From assembly GCA_026394375.1 (NCBI GenBank), contig JAPKYJ010000013.1, positions 2,089 to 66,088 of the forward strand: a DNA stretch of 64,000 nt, written 5' to 3'. Position 1 is the first letter of the stretch; the number at the start of each line of letters is the position of its first letter. The DNA comes from Methanomassiliicoccales archaeon. GTDB taxonomy: Archaea > Thermoplasmatota > Thermoplasmata > Methanomassiliicoccales > UBA472. Both the position numbers and the translations under genes were made by a program. The notes under the pieces are model-generated. The model made no database searches, was not told where the DNA came from, and worked only from the letters and a program-made list of their open reading frames with translations. Below, piece by piece: positions 17,161 through 25,926 of this stretch.

Positions 17161-18189
17161 ATGTCCTGGAACTGCCTGCCGTTGTGCATCGGCTCATTGC
17201 CACATGACGATCCAGCGAAGGCGGTGGACCTGGTCCTCCGGCATCTCAAGCGCATTCCGTACTGGCCGCAGCTTCCTGCCTTGGGGTTCAGGGAGAACAT
17301 GTACGCTCAGTATTCGATCAAGCTGCCCGGCGCCCGCATCGACGAGGAAGGCAAGCGCATCATCGTCGACCTCGCCAACTACGATCCTCATGAGTTCTAC
17401 GAGGCGGTGATCTCGGAGGACCTGGAGCATTTCGCTCTTCCCCGGGAGAGCTTCCACGGACTGCATGAACTGCTATCTCGCCTTATGCCGGAGGAGGCCG
17501 TGGCAATCAAAGGCCAGGTGACCGGACCGGTGAGCCTGGGGCTGCAGGTCTTCGACTTCACGGGCAAATCGGTCATCTATGACGACGCCTACGGCGAGAT
17601 CGTGCGCAAGAACCTCAACCTCATGTTGCGCTGGCAAGAGTCCAAGCTCCGGGAGAAATGCCCCCGGACCATCATGTTCCTGGATGAGCCGTCGCTTTCG
17701 CTGGTCGGCACGCCGTTCGCAGCCATATCCCCCTCTCAGGTCAAGGCCTGGATCGACGAGGTGTTCGAGGGGGCCAAAGGCTGCAAGGGACTGCATTGCT
17801 GCGGCAATACCGATTGGCCGACGGTCCTGGACACGAAGATCGACATCCTGTCTTTCGACGCCTACAGCTACGGTCACACCATCTCCCTCTATCCGGGAGA
17901 AGTGACTTCGTTCCTCGATCGCGGGGGCACCATCGCCTGGGGAATGGTGCCGAACAGCGAGGAGACGTTGAACGCAGAGACGATGGGCTCGTTGCTGGAG
18001 AGATTCGATTCATCCATCGAAAGACTGGTGGCCAAGGGCATCCCCCGGAGTAAGATCGTGGAGAACTCGCTCGTGACCCCTCAGTGCGGCCTAGGCGGGC
18101 TGAGCGAAGAGCTGAGCGAGACGACCGTACGGACGCTGGTCTCCCTTTCGGAGGAGTTCCGCAAGCGCAACGAGCTGGAGGAGGCATGA
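17161..18189 (+). CDS. MetE-like (cobalamin-independent methionine synthase catalytic-domain / URO-D superfamily) methyltransferase
   Basis: GSLPHDDPAKAVDLV...IPYWPQLP, and Zn-ligand-like GLHCCGNTDW and VTPQCGLGG. The track ORF starts at GTG 17068, overlapping the RACo stop. In-frame ATGs at 17137 and 17161 fit the family N-terminus better, so the start is uncertain. Confidence 0.65.
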   Translation: MSWNCLPLCIGSLPHDDPAKAVDLVLRHLKRIPYWPQLPALGFRENMYAQYSIKLPGARIDEEGKRIIVDLANYDPHEFYEAVISEDLEHFALPRESFHGLHELLSRLMPEEAVAIKGQVTGPVSLGLQVFDFTGKSVIYDDAYGEIVRKNLNLMLRWQESKLREKCPRTIMFLDEPSLSLVGTPFAAISPSQVKAWIDEVFEGAKGCKGLHCCGNTDWPTVLDTKIDILSFDAYSYGHTISLYPGEVTSFLDRGGTIAWGMVPNSEETLNAETMGSLLERFDSSIERLVAKGIPRSKIVENSLVTPQCGLGGLSEELSETTVRTLVSLSEEFRKRNELEEA

Positions 18190-18938
18190 GCTTCCGCATC
18201 GCCGTGGCGGGGAAAGGAGGAGTGGGAAAATCCACCTTGGCCGCGCTGCTGGTGCGCGCACTCCATGACCGATCAAAGAAAATCATCATGGCCGTGGACG
18301 CCGATCCGAACTCCAACCTGGGAGAGAAGCTCGGGGTCAAGGTGGAGAAGACCATCGGCGACCTGCGAGAGGAGCTGCTGAAAAAAGCGGACGAACTTCC
18401 TGCTGGTCAAAGCAAGCAAGAGTATGTGCGTTATCAGATGCAGCTTGCCCTGATGGAAGGGGAGGGGTTCGATCTGCTCACCATGGGGCGGCCGGAAGGG
18501 CAGGGATGCTACTGCTACATCAACAACATCCTGCGCACCTTCCTGGACATGGCCATGGACGATTACGAGTACGTGGTCATAGACAACGAGGCGGGCATGG
18601 AGCACCTCTCCCGCCGAACGACCAAGAGCATGGACGTTCTGCTGCTCGTGTCCGATCCGACCAAGGTCGGATTGGAGACGGCGAGGAGGTTGCTGGATCT
18701 GTCGAAGGCCATGGAGATCAAGGTCGGCACCTCGCTTCTTATCGTGAATCGAGCAAAGAAGCCGTTGGACCCAGGGCTGGATGAGCTGATATGCTCTGCG
18801 GGATTCGACCGCGTGGAATTGGTGCCTCAGGACCCAGAAGTGGAACGAGCGGCTTCGATGGGCCAGTCCCTGATCGGCATCGCCCCGGAGAACGCGGTGC
18901 TCAAGCGAGTGGGCGAGATTGCGTGGCTGCTCGTTTGA
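18186..18938 (+). CDS. cooC: CooC/AcsF-type Ni-insertion ATPase
   Basis: Internal ATG 18186 overlaps the previous stop (ATGA). It has the deviant Walker A motif AGKGGVGKST, a DADPNSN segment and the Ni-binding CxC motif (GQGCYCY). Confidence 0.85.
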   Translation: MSFRIAVAGKGGVGKSTLAALLVRALHDRSKKIIMAVDADPNSNLGEKLGVKVEKTIGDLREELLKKADELPAGQSKQEYVRYQMQLALMEGEGFDLLTMGRPEGQGCYCYINNILRTFLDMAMDDYEYVVIDNEAGMEHLSRRTTKSMDVLLLVSDPTKVGLETARRLLDLSKAMEIKVGTSLLIVNRAKKPLDPGLDELICSAGFDRVELVPQDPEVERAASMGQSLIGIAPENAVLKRVGEIAWLLV

Positions 18939-19338
18939 TATCAGGGCGCACGAAATAACTATTATCCAGCTCGGGGCTCTTCATTCGGGATCTGATTTGA
19001 CAGAAGCGAAGTCGGATGCGTCCGTCAGTTTCCGCAAAGGGCTGATCGTCTTCGCAGCGGCTGCGCTCCTTTACGTCATCTTGTTGGCAGGGGAGCTCGT
19101 CTTTTCGGTCTTTCGGGTCTCTGGTGTGATCATCATCTTTTTCTTCGATATGTTGTTGTGGATAGTGGCAACGATATTTATCCTGGGCGCGGTGGCCGAT
19201 GCCATGCGGGCGCGCGGTCAGAAGATAGAAGGTCAGAAAGCATCTTCGCCGTTGGCCGCTTGGTCGCTCCTTGCATTGGATCTCGTCAGCTTCGTTCTGG
19301 TCATGGTCTTCACCTTCACGCCCCGAAGTCTCACATAA
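18919..19338 (+). CDS. hypothetical small membrane protein
   Basis: Three or four hydrophobic segments (LIVFAAAALLYVILLAG, VIIIFFFDMLLWIVATIFILGAV, LLALDLVSFVLVMVF). The start is uncertain (TTG 18919 or TTG near 18996). It lies between the convergent acs operons. Confidence 0.3.
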   Translation: MRGCSFDIRAHEITIIQLGALHSGSDLTEAKSDASVSFRKGLIVFAAAALLYVILLAGELVFSVFRVSGVIIIFFFDMLLWIVATIFILGAVADAMRARGQKIEGQKASSPLAAWSLLALDLVSFVLVMVFTFTPRSLT

Positions 19339-19388
19339 TCATCCAGACGTTGCCAGGCCTGAAGTATGATTGGGCTGCCGAAGTTGTC

Positions 19389-20714
19389 CTAGAGCGACTT
19401 CAGGAATCTCGGCAACCCGCTCGATTCCTTAGGCCCTACGATGATCTTGAGCCCGGTCACATCCTGCAGCTTGCCGCTCATGCGCGTGACCATGCCCGGA
19501 ATGACCAGTTCTCCTCTCTTCGTCTTCTGCTTCGCGCCGGATGCTTCCAGCGCCTTGGCCATGCTCTCAGGGGTCAGCTTCCCCGCAGCGAAGGCGGTCA
19601 TCACGCTCAGCCCTTCCGTGTCCACGACCAGCAGCCAGGCTGGCACCTTGCTCTTCTCGATGTCCGCCAGCACGGTGAAATATGTGAGCGAGAAATTGGT
19701 GGTGAAGAGGATGGGCGAGCTCTCGTTAGCATTGTTGACCGGATACACTCCCGGCTTCACCTGGATGGGCACCTGCGGATCGGTGTAGATGTTCTGTCGA
19801 AGCACGAACAGGGGTAAGGCCTGCGCCTCCGTCAGCTCATCGAAGAGCACGATGCTGCCATACTTCATGGTCGCCACCATGCCCATGAGCGTTCCATGCT
19901 GTCCTTCTCCCGCCTGGACCAGTATCGGGTAGCCGAGCCCGCGGAACAGCCGTTTCACGGACACCTTCCTGATGATGGACGACCTTTCCAGCAGCGTCTT
20001 CATGTCCCGGGCGCCGAAATCCAGCACCAGCTCCTCCACGCCGGTAGCCTTGACCTTGGCCACCAGGTCGGCGAGTTCGTTGAGACCTTTCTCTTCGCGT
20101 ACCACCAGGGGGCACTTGAGCTCCTTGGCCACGGCGCTCATGGCCTCATAGTTCTTAATTTCCGCGCCGTGCAGTAGAGGCTTCCTGTCAGCGATCTTCG
20201 ATGCTGCCGCCCTCATCGCTTCTGCGGAGGAAGTGATGAGAACCAGGGGTTCCTCGGTCCTCGAAGCCACCAACTCCGACGCCCGGACGAACTTCTCCCG
20301 GTCACTGGAATCATTGCGCACCGCCAGAGCGTCCAAGCACAGTACCTGGCCCACGCGCTCGAAGCTCATCTTCCTGGCCTTCTCGAGCTTCTGAGCGATC
20401 TCTTCCTGGGAGAGTGAATCGGAGATCACCAGGGCGAACGCCACCGGATGGAAGAACTTCTTCTCGTGGCGATAGAGTTCGGTCTCATCGCCCATCTCGA
20501 TTGTCTTCTTGCCAGTCCCGAACTTGATCATGCGGATGGGCGGCGCGGCGCTGGCGGCGAACTGCGCCTTCGCCTCGTCCGAAAGGAATGGACAATCCTC
20601 CAACTTCGCTTTGGAGTTGGCGATCTGCATGGCGAACGCCAAGCACGTGGGGTAGTTGCATTTGCCACAGTTCTTCTTGGGCAGGAACTTGAAGACCTCG
20701 ATGGCGGTGGGCAT
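19389..20714 (-). CDS. acsC: corrinoid iron-sulfur protein, large subunit
   Basis: The N-terminal [4Fe-4S] motif is KKNCGKCNYPTCLAFAMQIANSKAKLEDCP. Size is 441 aa. It directly abuts the acsD stop (TGAATG). Confidence 0.9.
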   Translation of the reverse strand: MPTAIEVFKFLPKKNCGKCNYPTCLAFAMQIANSKAKLEDCPFLSDEAKAQFAASAAPPIRMIKFGTGKKTIEMGDETELYRHEKKFFHPVAFALVISDSLSQEEIAQKLEKARKMSFERVGQVLCLDALAVRNDSSDREKFVRASELVASRTEEPLVLITSSAEAMRAAASKIADRKPLLHGAEIKNYEAMSAVAKELKCPLVVREEKGLNELADLVAKVKATGVEELVLDFGARDMKTLLERSSIIRKVSVKRLFRGLGYPILVQAGEGQHGTLMGMVATMKYGSIVLFDELTEAQALPLFVLRQNIYTDPQVPIQVKPGVYPVNNANESSPILFTTNFSLTYFTVLADIEKSKVPAWLLVVDTEGLSVMTAFAAGKLTPESMAKALEASGAKQKTKRGELVIPGMVTRMSGKLQDVTGLKIIVGPKESSGLPRFLKSL

Positions 20715-21671
20715 TCACTTCCCTCCGCTCAGCTCGTTGATCGAGTCCTTGAGGATGCGTGCCGCCGCCGGGCTTCGGACGATGAGGATGTCCGCTCCGG
20801 CAAGCAGAGCGGCCAGCCCGGTGGTCGCCTCCCATAGTACGGCTCTATCCCTCAGGCCGTCATGGCCCTCGATCTCCTCTATCGCCTCTTTGGATTTCCA
20901 GGCGACGGAGGTGTCGCAGACCAAGGGCACTTGCAGCATGCCATCGCCCATCAGAGCGGCGATGCGGATCCGTTCCATGACGGAATAGGTGTACTCCAGC
21001 CCCATGCCCAGCGATGCCATGAGCGGGTCGGTGATGATCTGGTCCTTGCGCACGCCGAAGTCGGTGAGCAAGATGTTGATCTGCTTGGCCAGATTGATAT
21101 CTAGATTCGAAAACGAAATGATGTCGTGGTCGTTGGCCATGGCCACGGCGGAAAGGGATTTGTATGCCGATTCCTCGGCGTGTCCGAGCAGTATTCGCTC
21201 CTTGGCGGCCAAGTTCCCGACCGCTTCCATGACCTTGGCGTCCTTCTCCTCGTGACCGCAGCCGTAGACGATAAGGGGGACGTCCACGGCCTCGAGCACC
21301 GCTTTCACGATGTTCGCCGCTTCTTCGGGCGTACGATTCTCTTCCTCCGGACTGGTGGAGTGCAATTTCAGGCACACCAGATCGACGCCGCTGTTCTGCA
21401 CCCACTTGCGCGCCCAGGCGGCCGGATCTTGAACTACGTCCCCGAGTTCATTCGCAACCTGGAGCGGCAGTTCGCCCGGCCGGTCGAGCACTTCGCCTGC
21501 GATGAGAGGCCGGTTGGGCATCTGCGCCTCGTAGGAGAGGAAGGGCATGCCCGCTTCGCCTCCGACTTGGAGAGGGAGTGAGCGCGTTCCGCCCTGCTCC
21601 TTGCTCTTGCCCAGGGCGACCGTGCCTATCCTTCCGCTCCATTTCTCCTTGGGGACCGGAACCTCGACCAT
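20715..21671 (-). CDS. acsD: corrinoid iron-sulfur protein, small subunit
   Basis: TIM-barrel-like sequence ...VDLVCLKLHSTSP...VPLIVYGCGHEEKD...FSNLDINLAKQ... I prefer ATG 21671 (MVEVPVPKEKW), which has GGAG 8 nt upstream and sits 14 nt after the CODH::ACS stop. The track start at 21740 would overlap that gene. Confidence 0.9.
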   Translation of the reverse strand: MVEVPVPKEKWSGRIGTVALGKSKEQGGTRSLPLQVGGEAGMPFLSYEAQMPNRPLIAGEVLDRPGELPLQVANELGDVVQDPAAWARKWVQNSGVDLVCLKLHSTSPEEENRTPEEAANIVKAVLEAVDVPLIVYGCGHEEKDAKVMEAVGNLAAKERILLGHAEESAYKSLSAVAMANDHDIISFSNLDINLAKQINILLTDFGVRKDQIITDPLMASLGMGLEYTYSVMERIRIAALMGDGMLQVPLVCDTSVAWKSKEAIEEIEGHDGLRDRAVLWEATTGLAALLAGADILIVRSPAAARILKDSINELSGGK

Positions 21672-21685
21672 GTTGACATCTCCAA

Positions 21686-24600
21686 TCACTGCAGCAGCGG
21701 AGGCATGCTTAGCGCCGGATGGTGCACCTTCACCATCCACTCCACGAGCCCTTCGGCTTCGGTGGTGATCGTCTCATCGGCGATCTTGTCCACGAAGTCC
21801 GGCACGCCCAGCTCCTCCGCTCTCTTCTTCAAAGCGTCCATTATCTGCGTCTTCAGCTCCTTGGGCATCCAGGCGATGCGCAGGAACCCTCCGTCCGCGG
21901 GGATGAACTTCTTGCTCAGGATGTATTTGCGGCCCACGCCGATGAAACCTGGTGTCTGCTTGCCACCGCCTATGCTTCCGGCCAGGGTGGAGAACTTCAT
22001 GCCCACCGGGGTCATGCCCGGGAACTCTCGGTTCACCAGGACGACCGCCTGGGCATCGGCGGTCATGGCCACGATGACCTCGAAGCAGCCGCAGCTGGTC
22101 ATCGGGTCCTCCATCATGGTGTAGGCGTTGAATCGCTCCAGCTTGTGATGCGAAAGCTCGAAGACGGCCTGGTTGACGCCTTTCCATTGCCCCTTGACGG
22201 CATCGATCACCTCGCCCTTCTCAATGGGCTGATTGGGGCCGGTCGGCGAGATCTCTTTGGCTGCCTTGGCGTCGAGCCAGTTGATTGCTCCGCACAATCC
22301 AAGGCGTTCCGGGGTGATGATGCAGATATGGTCTGGGGCAAATGACTGGCATAAAGAGCAACTGAACGCTACGTCCACCGCCTCGTCCGTCAGCCCGGCC
22401 AGACGCTCGTCCCTGGTCTTGTGCTTGGAGAGTGCCTCGGGAAGAAGGGCATCGATCCTCGCTTGGTCGGTGATGATGGTCACCTGCACCCGGGAGATGA
22501 TGTTACCGAACTCAGCCTTGAGCTTGGTGACAAGGATGTCGCCGAAATGCTGGAAGCGAAGGCCAGCGTGAACGGAGTTCTTGCTGAGACGGACCCAGAT
22601 GGTGTTCCGCTGCCCGGTATGCCACGCCCCCTCGGCGAAGTTGATGAACTGATGGATGCGCCGCTCCAGGACGGACTCGAAGTCCTCCTGCATCTTCTTG
22701 CCGTAGACGTCGACGATGATCGCCAGGGGCGTCTTGCCGCCTTCCGGCATCTCATCCACATCCTTTCCGATGAGGGTGATCTTGCCGTCCTCCACCTGCT
22801 CCTCGGGCAGCATGCGCAGCAGCTCGAAGGCGGTGGTCTTGGCCGCTCCTCTCGCTTCTATGTAGGTGTCCGGCCTGCGTACGGTCTCGCCTTCGAACGC
22901 CGGGCCGTAGGCCACCGGTATCTGGACGGGAGCGAGCTTCACCCGGATGTTGCGCAGCTCGATGGCCGTCTGCACCATCTTGTCGTATTCGGGCTGGGAC
23001 ACGAGCTTGTCTGGGACAGCTTCCACGTCCTGATCGGTTATGATCGGGGAGCCGTTGAGAAGCACCGCAAACCCCACCGCGGCTTTGATGGCGTCTATCG
23101 GTCCCAGCTGCAGCACGAAGACCTTAGGCCTTTTTGCCAGGTACTTCTGCAGACGCTCGCGGTCCCCACGCTGCACGTTGCCGAAGGTCAGGGCCGCCCT
23201 TATGGCGAAATTCAGACCGTGTATGACTTGGGTGAACTCTCCCACGGGACAGAGCATGACGTCCAGTCCTACCTTGACGCCCTCATCCTGAAGCTGGCGG
23301 ATGGTGTCGAAGGAGGCGACGATGAGCATGCCCTTGCTCTGGCAGTCGCGCACGATGCGCACCAGCTTCTTGGGGTCTTCCGCCGTCCCCACCAGAACGG
23401 CGCAGCCAGGGATGGTGTCGTCCACGAAGGCGATGCCCAATCCCCGCAAGACCTTGTCAGGGATGAATCCGCAATACGGCGTGCCCTCGTATGGACGCTC
23501 GTTGCGCGAGTACTTCAGCGCCTCGATGATCTCCGCGGCCACCATGGTCGCTTCCCCGGCCAAGAGCGCGTTCTCTATCGTAGGTTCGTGCTTGATGATG
23601 CCCCTGGCCTTGCTCAGAACTGAGGGCATATCGCCCAGGCGATGCACTTCCTTGCCTTCCCAAGCAAGGATGGCCGGGAGAGCGTACCCGGTCTCGGGGA
23701 ACTCCACCTTCTGATCGTAGCCGAAGCGCTCGATCGCCCGAGAGAGCAGCAGGTTCGCGTAGCCGGTGGCGATGATCGCTCCATCGATGGCCATCTGGCA
23801 GAGTCGATCCTTCTCGAGCCTAGGTCCGGATTGTACCTCATAAGAGTTGGACCACTTCATTTTCCAGCGACGCCGCTCCATCTCGTTGAGCAGCTTCTTT
23901 CCTGCCTCGGTCGGATCGGGCTCGTAGATGAACTTCCCACCGAAGACGTCGCCAGCGGTGTTCGTCAGCACCTCCACCACTAGGGGCGACCCGCAAATGT
24001 AGTTGACCATGCCGACATGCACTCCCAGACCGAATGCCACGCACCACGTGCCTAAGGAGACGGCCCTCTCGTGATTCGCTTCCGGGACCGAAACCACGAA
24101 AGGAATGCTGTCCACGTCCACCCTCAGGTGATTGGCTATCTCCGTAGCCAGGTTCATGGCCCGGGTGTTGTCCATGCAAGAGCCCATGTGCCAGACCGGA
24201 GGCAGGGGAACGCCGTTCGCATTCTCCAGGTCGCGGATGAACTTCTTCAGCCCCGGTCCAGCATGCTTCTCCGTTGCCTCGCTAGATAGGAATCCGTTCT
24301 CAGCGAAAGCGCCTGCCGAGCAGCCGGTGGTCAGGACCAGAACATCATTTCTCAGTAGCTCTTTGGCGATGGTGATGTGGCTCGGATCCTGCTCCGTTCT
24401 CTGGTTGTTGCACCCGGACATGAGGGCGATGCCTCTGATCTGCCCTTTCTGCAGGGCATCGATGAGGCACATCATCGGGTCCTCGGGCACGATGCGCGCG
24501 AGGAGCGCCTCGATCTGCTCCAGGCTGAAACCGGTGATTACCTCTGACTTGACGTTTGGAATGTGAACCTTGGAAGGGTCGCGGCGCTTGTAGGCCTCGA

Positions 24601-25762
24601 TGGCCATTCCGACGATGGCCTGGGCGGATTCCTCCGCATCCTCTTCGCGGAATTGGACGTGGGTGTCGTGGGGGATGTGCACGTTGATCATGGTGGTGAC
24701 CACGTCGGTGTGCACGCACTGGCATATCTCCGCCAGGGAAGGCATGATGCACTGGTGGTCTGCGACCAGAAGATCGACCGCTCCCGTGGCCAGGGCCAGC
24801 TCCTGGGAAGCGAAGTTGGCGGCCATGCTCACCCCCTTCCTCATGAGCCTCTCATTGCCTGTGCAACCAATGCCGACGATGTTGATGCCCTTGGCCCCTG
24901 CCTCTCTGGCCTCTTCCTCCATCTTGAGGGCCACGTCCACCATCACCTCGCTCAGGACGGGATTGTGGTCGTGGATGGCGATGTTCACCTCGTCCGCCTT
25001 AGGAGTGCCCAGATCGGCGAAGGTGCGTACCAGATGCGGGGTGCCGAAGAGTATGTCCGAGAGATCAGTAGAGATCTGCATGCCGTCGTAGTCGGCGATG
25101 GCGCATGCCACTCCGGCGAAGATGAGCGAGACGGGATTGGCATCGCAGCCGAGCGAAGTGCGGTGCATGACGTCCGAGATGGCGTGGTCGATGTTGTTCG
25201 GCAATAGGCCATGCTCCTCCAGTAGCCTGCGACGGCGGGCAGTGATGGTGGAAGTGGTGAACTTGAGCGGCTCGGCGCCGAAACGTGCATAGTCGGAGAT
25301 CGCTTCCTCGGTGACCAGGCGCGCCAGCTCATCCTTCCCCTTGCCTGATGGATCGATGCTCAATCGCTTGGCCAACCGTTCAAGCTTGGTCTGGTCATTG
25401 ACCGAGTAAGAGGGAACGCTTCCCTGGATGACCTTGAGCAGAGTCTCGGCGATGTGCCTGCCATGGCCGGAGTGCACCGCCGCTCCCCCAGCGATATGGC
25501 GGACGAGGTTCCACGCGACGATGGTGTAGTCCCTGGCTCCGCAGATTCCCTGATTGGGCCTTCCCTGGAAGGCACTGATGCGGCACGGCCCCTGGAGGCA
25601 ATTGTTGCAGCACACGCCCAGCTCGCCGAAGCCACATTGCGGCTGCATGGCCTCGTAGCGGTCCCGGACGGTGGCAATGTGTTGCTGGGAAGCGATTTCG
25701 ATGCCCTGCTTGGCGCCGGGATCGCTCGTCTTTTCCTTATTGACCTTGCCGTTGGGTTCCAT
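21686..25762 (-). CDS. acsAB: fused Ni-CODH (AcsA/CooS-like) :: acetyl-CoA synthase (AcsB-like), 1358 aa
   Basis: The N-terminal half has CGFGELGVCCNNCLQGPC, IHDHNP, GIGCTGNE, DHQC, SGCNNQ, TGCSAG and MGSCMDN. The C-terminal half is colinear with bacterial AcsB, including SCSLCQSFAPDHICIITPERLGLCG and the A-cluster motif SCGCFEV. It is a single uninterrupted frame. Confidence 0.9.
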   Translation of the reverse strand: MEPNGKVNKEKTSDPGAKQGIEIASQQHIATVRDRYEAMQPQCGFGELGVCCNNCLQGPCRISAFQGRPNQGICGARDYTIVAWNLVRHIAGGAAVHSGHGRHIAETLLKVIQGSVPSYSVNDQTKLERLAKRLSIDPSGKGKDELARLVTEEAISDYARFGAEPLKFTTSTITARRRRLLEEHGLLPNNIDHAISDVMHRTSLGCDANPVSLIFAGVACAIADYDGMQISTDLSDILFGTPHLVRTFADLGTPKADEVNIAIHDHNPVLSEVMVDVALKMEEEAREAGAKGINIVGIGCTGNERLMRKGVSMAANFASQELALATGAVDLLVADHQCIMPSLAEICQCVHTDVVTTMINVHIPHDTHVQFREEDAEESAQAIVGMAIEAYKRRDPSKVHIPNVKSEVITGFSLEQIEALLARIVPEDPMMCLIDALQKGQIRGIALMSGCNNQRTEQDPSHITIAKELLRNDVLVLTTGCSAGAFAENGFLSSEATEKHAGPGLKKFIRDLENANGVPLPPVWHMGSCMDNTRAMNLATEIANHLRVDVDSIPFVVSVPEANHERAVSLGTWCVAFGLGVHVGMVNYICGSPLVVEVLTNTAGDVFGGKFIYEPDPTEAGKKLLNEMERRRWKMKWSNSYEVQSGPRLEKDRLCQMAIDGAIIATGYANLLLSRAIERFGYDQKVEFPETGYALPAILAWEGKEVHRLGDMPSVLSKARGIIKHEPTIENALLAGEATMVAAEIIEALKYSRNERPYEGTPYCGFIPDKVLRGLGIAFVDDTIPGCAVLVGTAEDPKKLVRIVRDCQSKGMLIVASFDTIRQLQDEGVKVGLDVMLCPVGEFTQVIHGLNFAIRAALTFGNVQRGDRERLQKYLAKRPKVFVLQLGPIDAIKAAVGFAVLLNGSPIITDQDVEAVPDKLVSQPEYDKMVQTAIELRNIRVKLAPVQIPVAYGPAFEGETVRRPDTYIEARGAAKTTAFELLRMLPEEQVEDGKITLIGKDVDEMPEGGKTPLAIIVDVYGKKMQEDFESVLERRIHQFINFAEGAWHTGQRNTIWVRLSKNSVHAGLRFQHFGDILVTKLKAEFGNIISRVQVTIITDQARIDALLPEALSKHKTRDERLAGLTDEAVDVAFSCSLCQSFAPDHICIITPERLGLCGAINWLDAKAAKEISPTGPNQPIEKGEVIDAVKGQWKGVNQAVFELSHHKLERFNAYTMMEDPMTSCGCFEVIVAMTADAQAVVLVNREFPGMTPVGMKFSTLAGSIGGGKQTPGFIGVGRKYILSKKFIPADGGFLRIAWMPKELKTQIMDALKKRAEELGVPDFVDKIADETITTEAEGLVEWMVKVHHPALSMPPLLQ

Positions 25763-25817
25763 CTCTGCCTTCTCCAGAAACTAGAGCTGAACGAAGCAGG
25801 AAATCGAAGCGCTTACC

Positions 25818-25827
25818 TTTATAAAAA
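25818..25827. promoter_or_regulatory. TATA-like box in the divergent region between the CODH::ACS gene and the DUF1028 gene
   Basis: TTTATAAAAA lies about 56 nt from ATG 25762 (minus strand). It could also serve the plus-strand gene, so the direction is ambiguous. Confidence 0.35.
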
Positions 25828-25846
25828 GCCCTTGCCTAGTCATCCC

Positions 25847-25874
25847 CTCACCTGGCGCGCCACGCCTAGGTGAG
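25847..25874. promoter_or_regulatory. inverted repeat CTCACCT-N14-AGGTGAG
   Basis: Perfect 7-bp arms at 25847-25853 and 25868-25874, next to the TATA-like box. Confidence 0.3.
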
Positions 25875-25926
25875 ACAATTCATTTCTAATCCGAGGGCGC
25901 TCCTACGTGTGGATGAGGAAGGAGCC

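Noticed and set aside
22421-23623. 400-aa plus-strand ORF, and several others (21705-22345, 24563-25207), inside the CODH::ACS gene
   Set aside because: They are antisense to a gene with dense, position-correct metal-cluster motifs. None has a recognisable domain.
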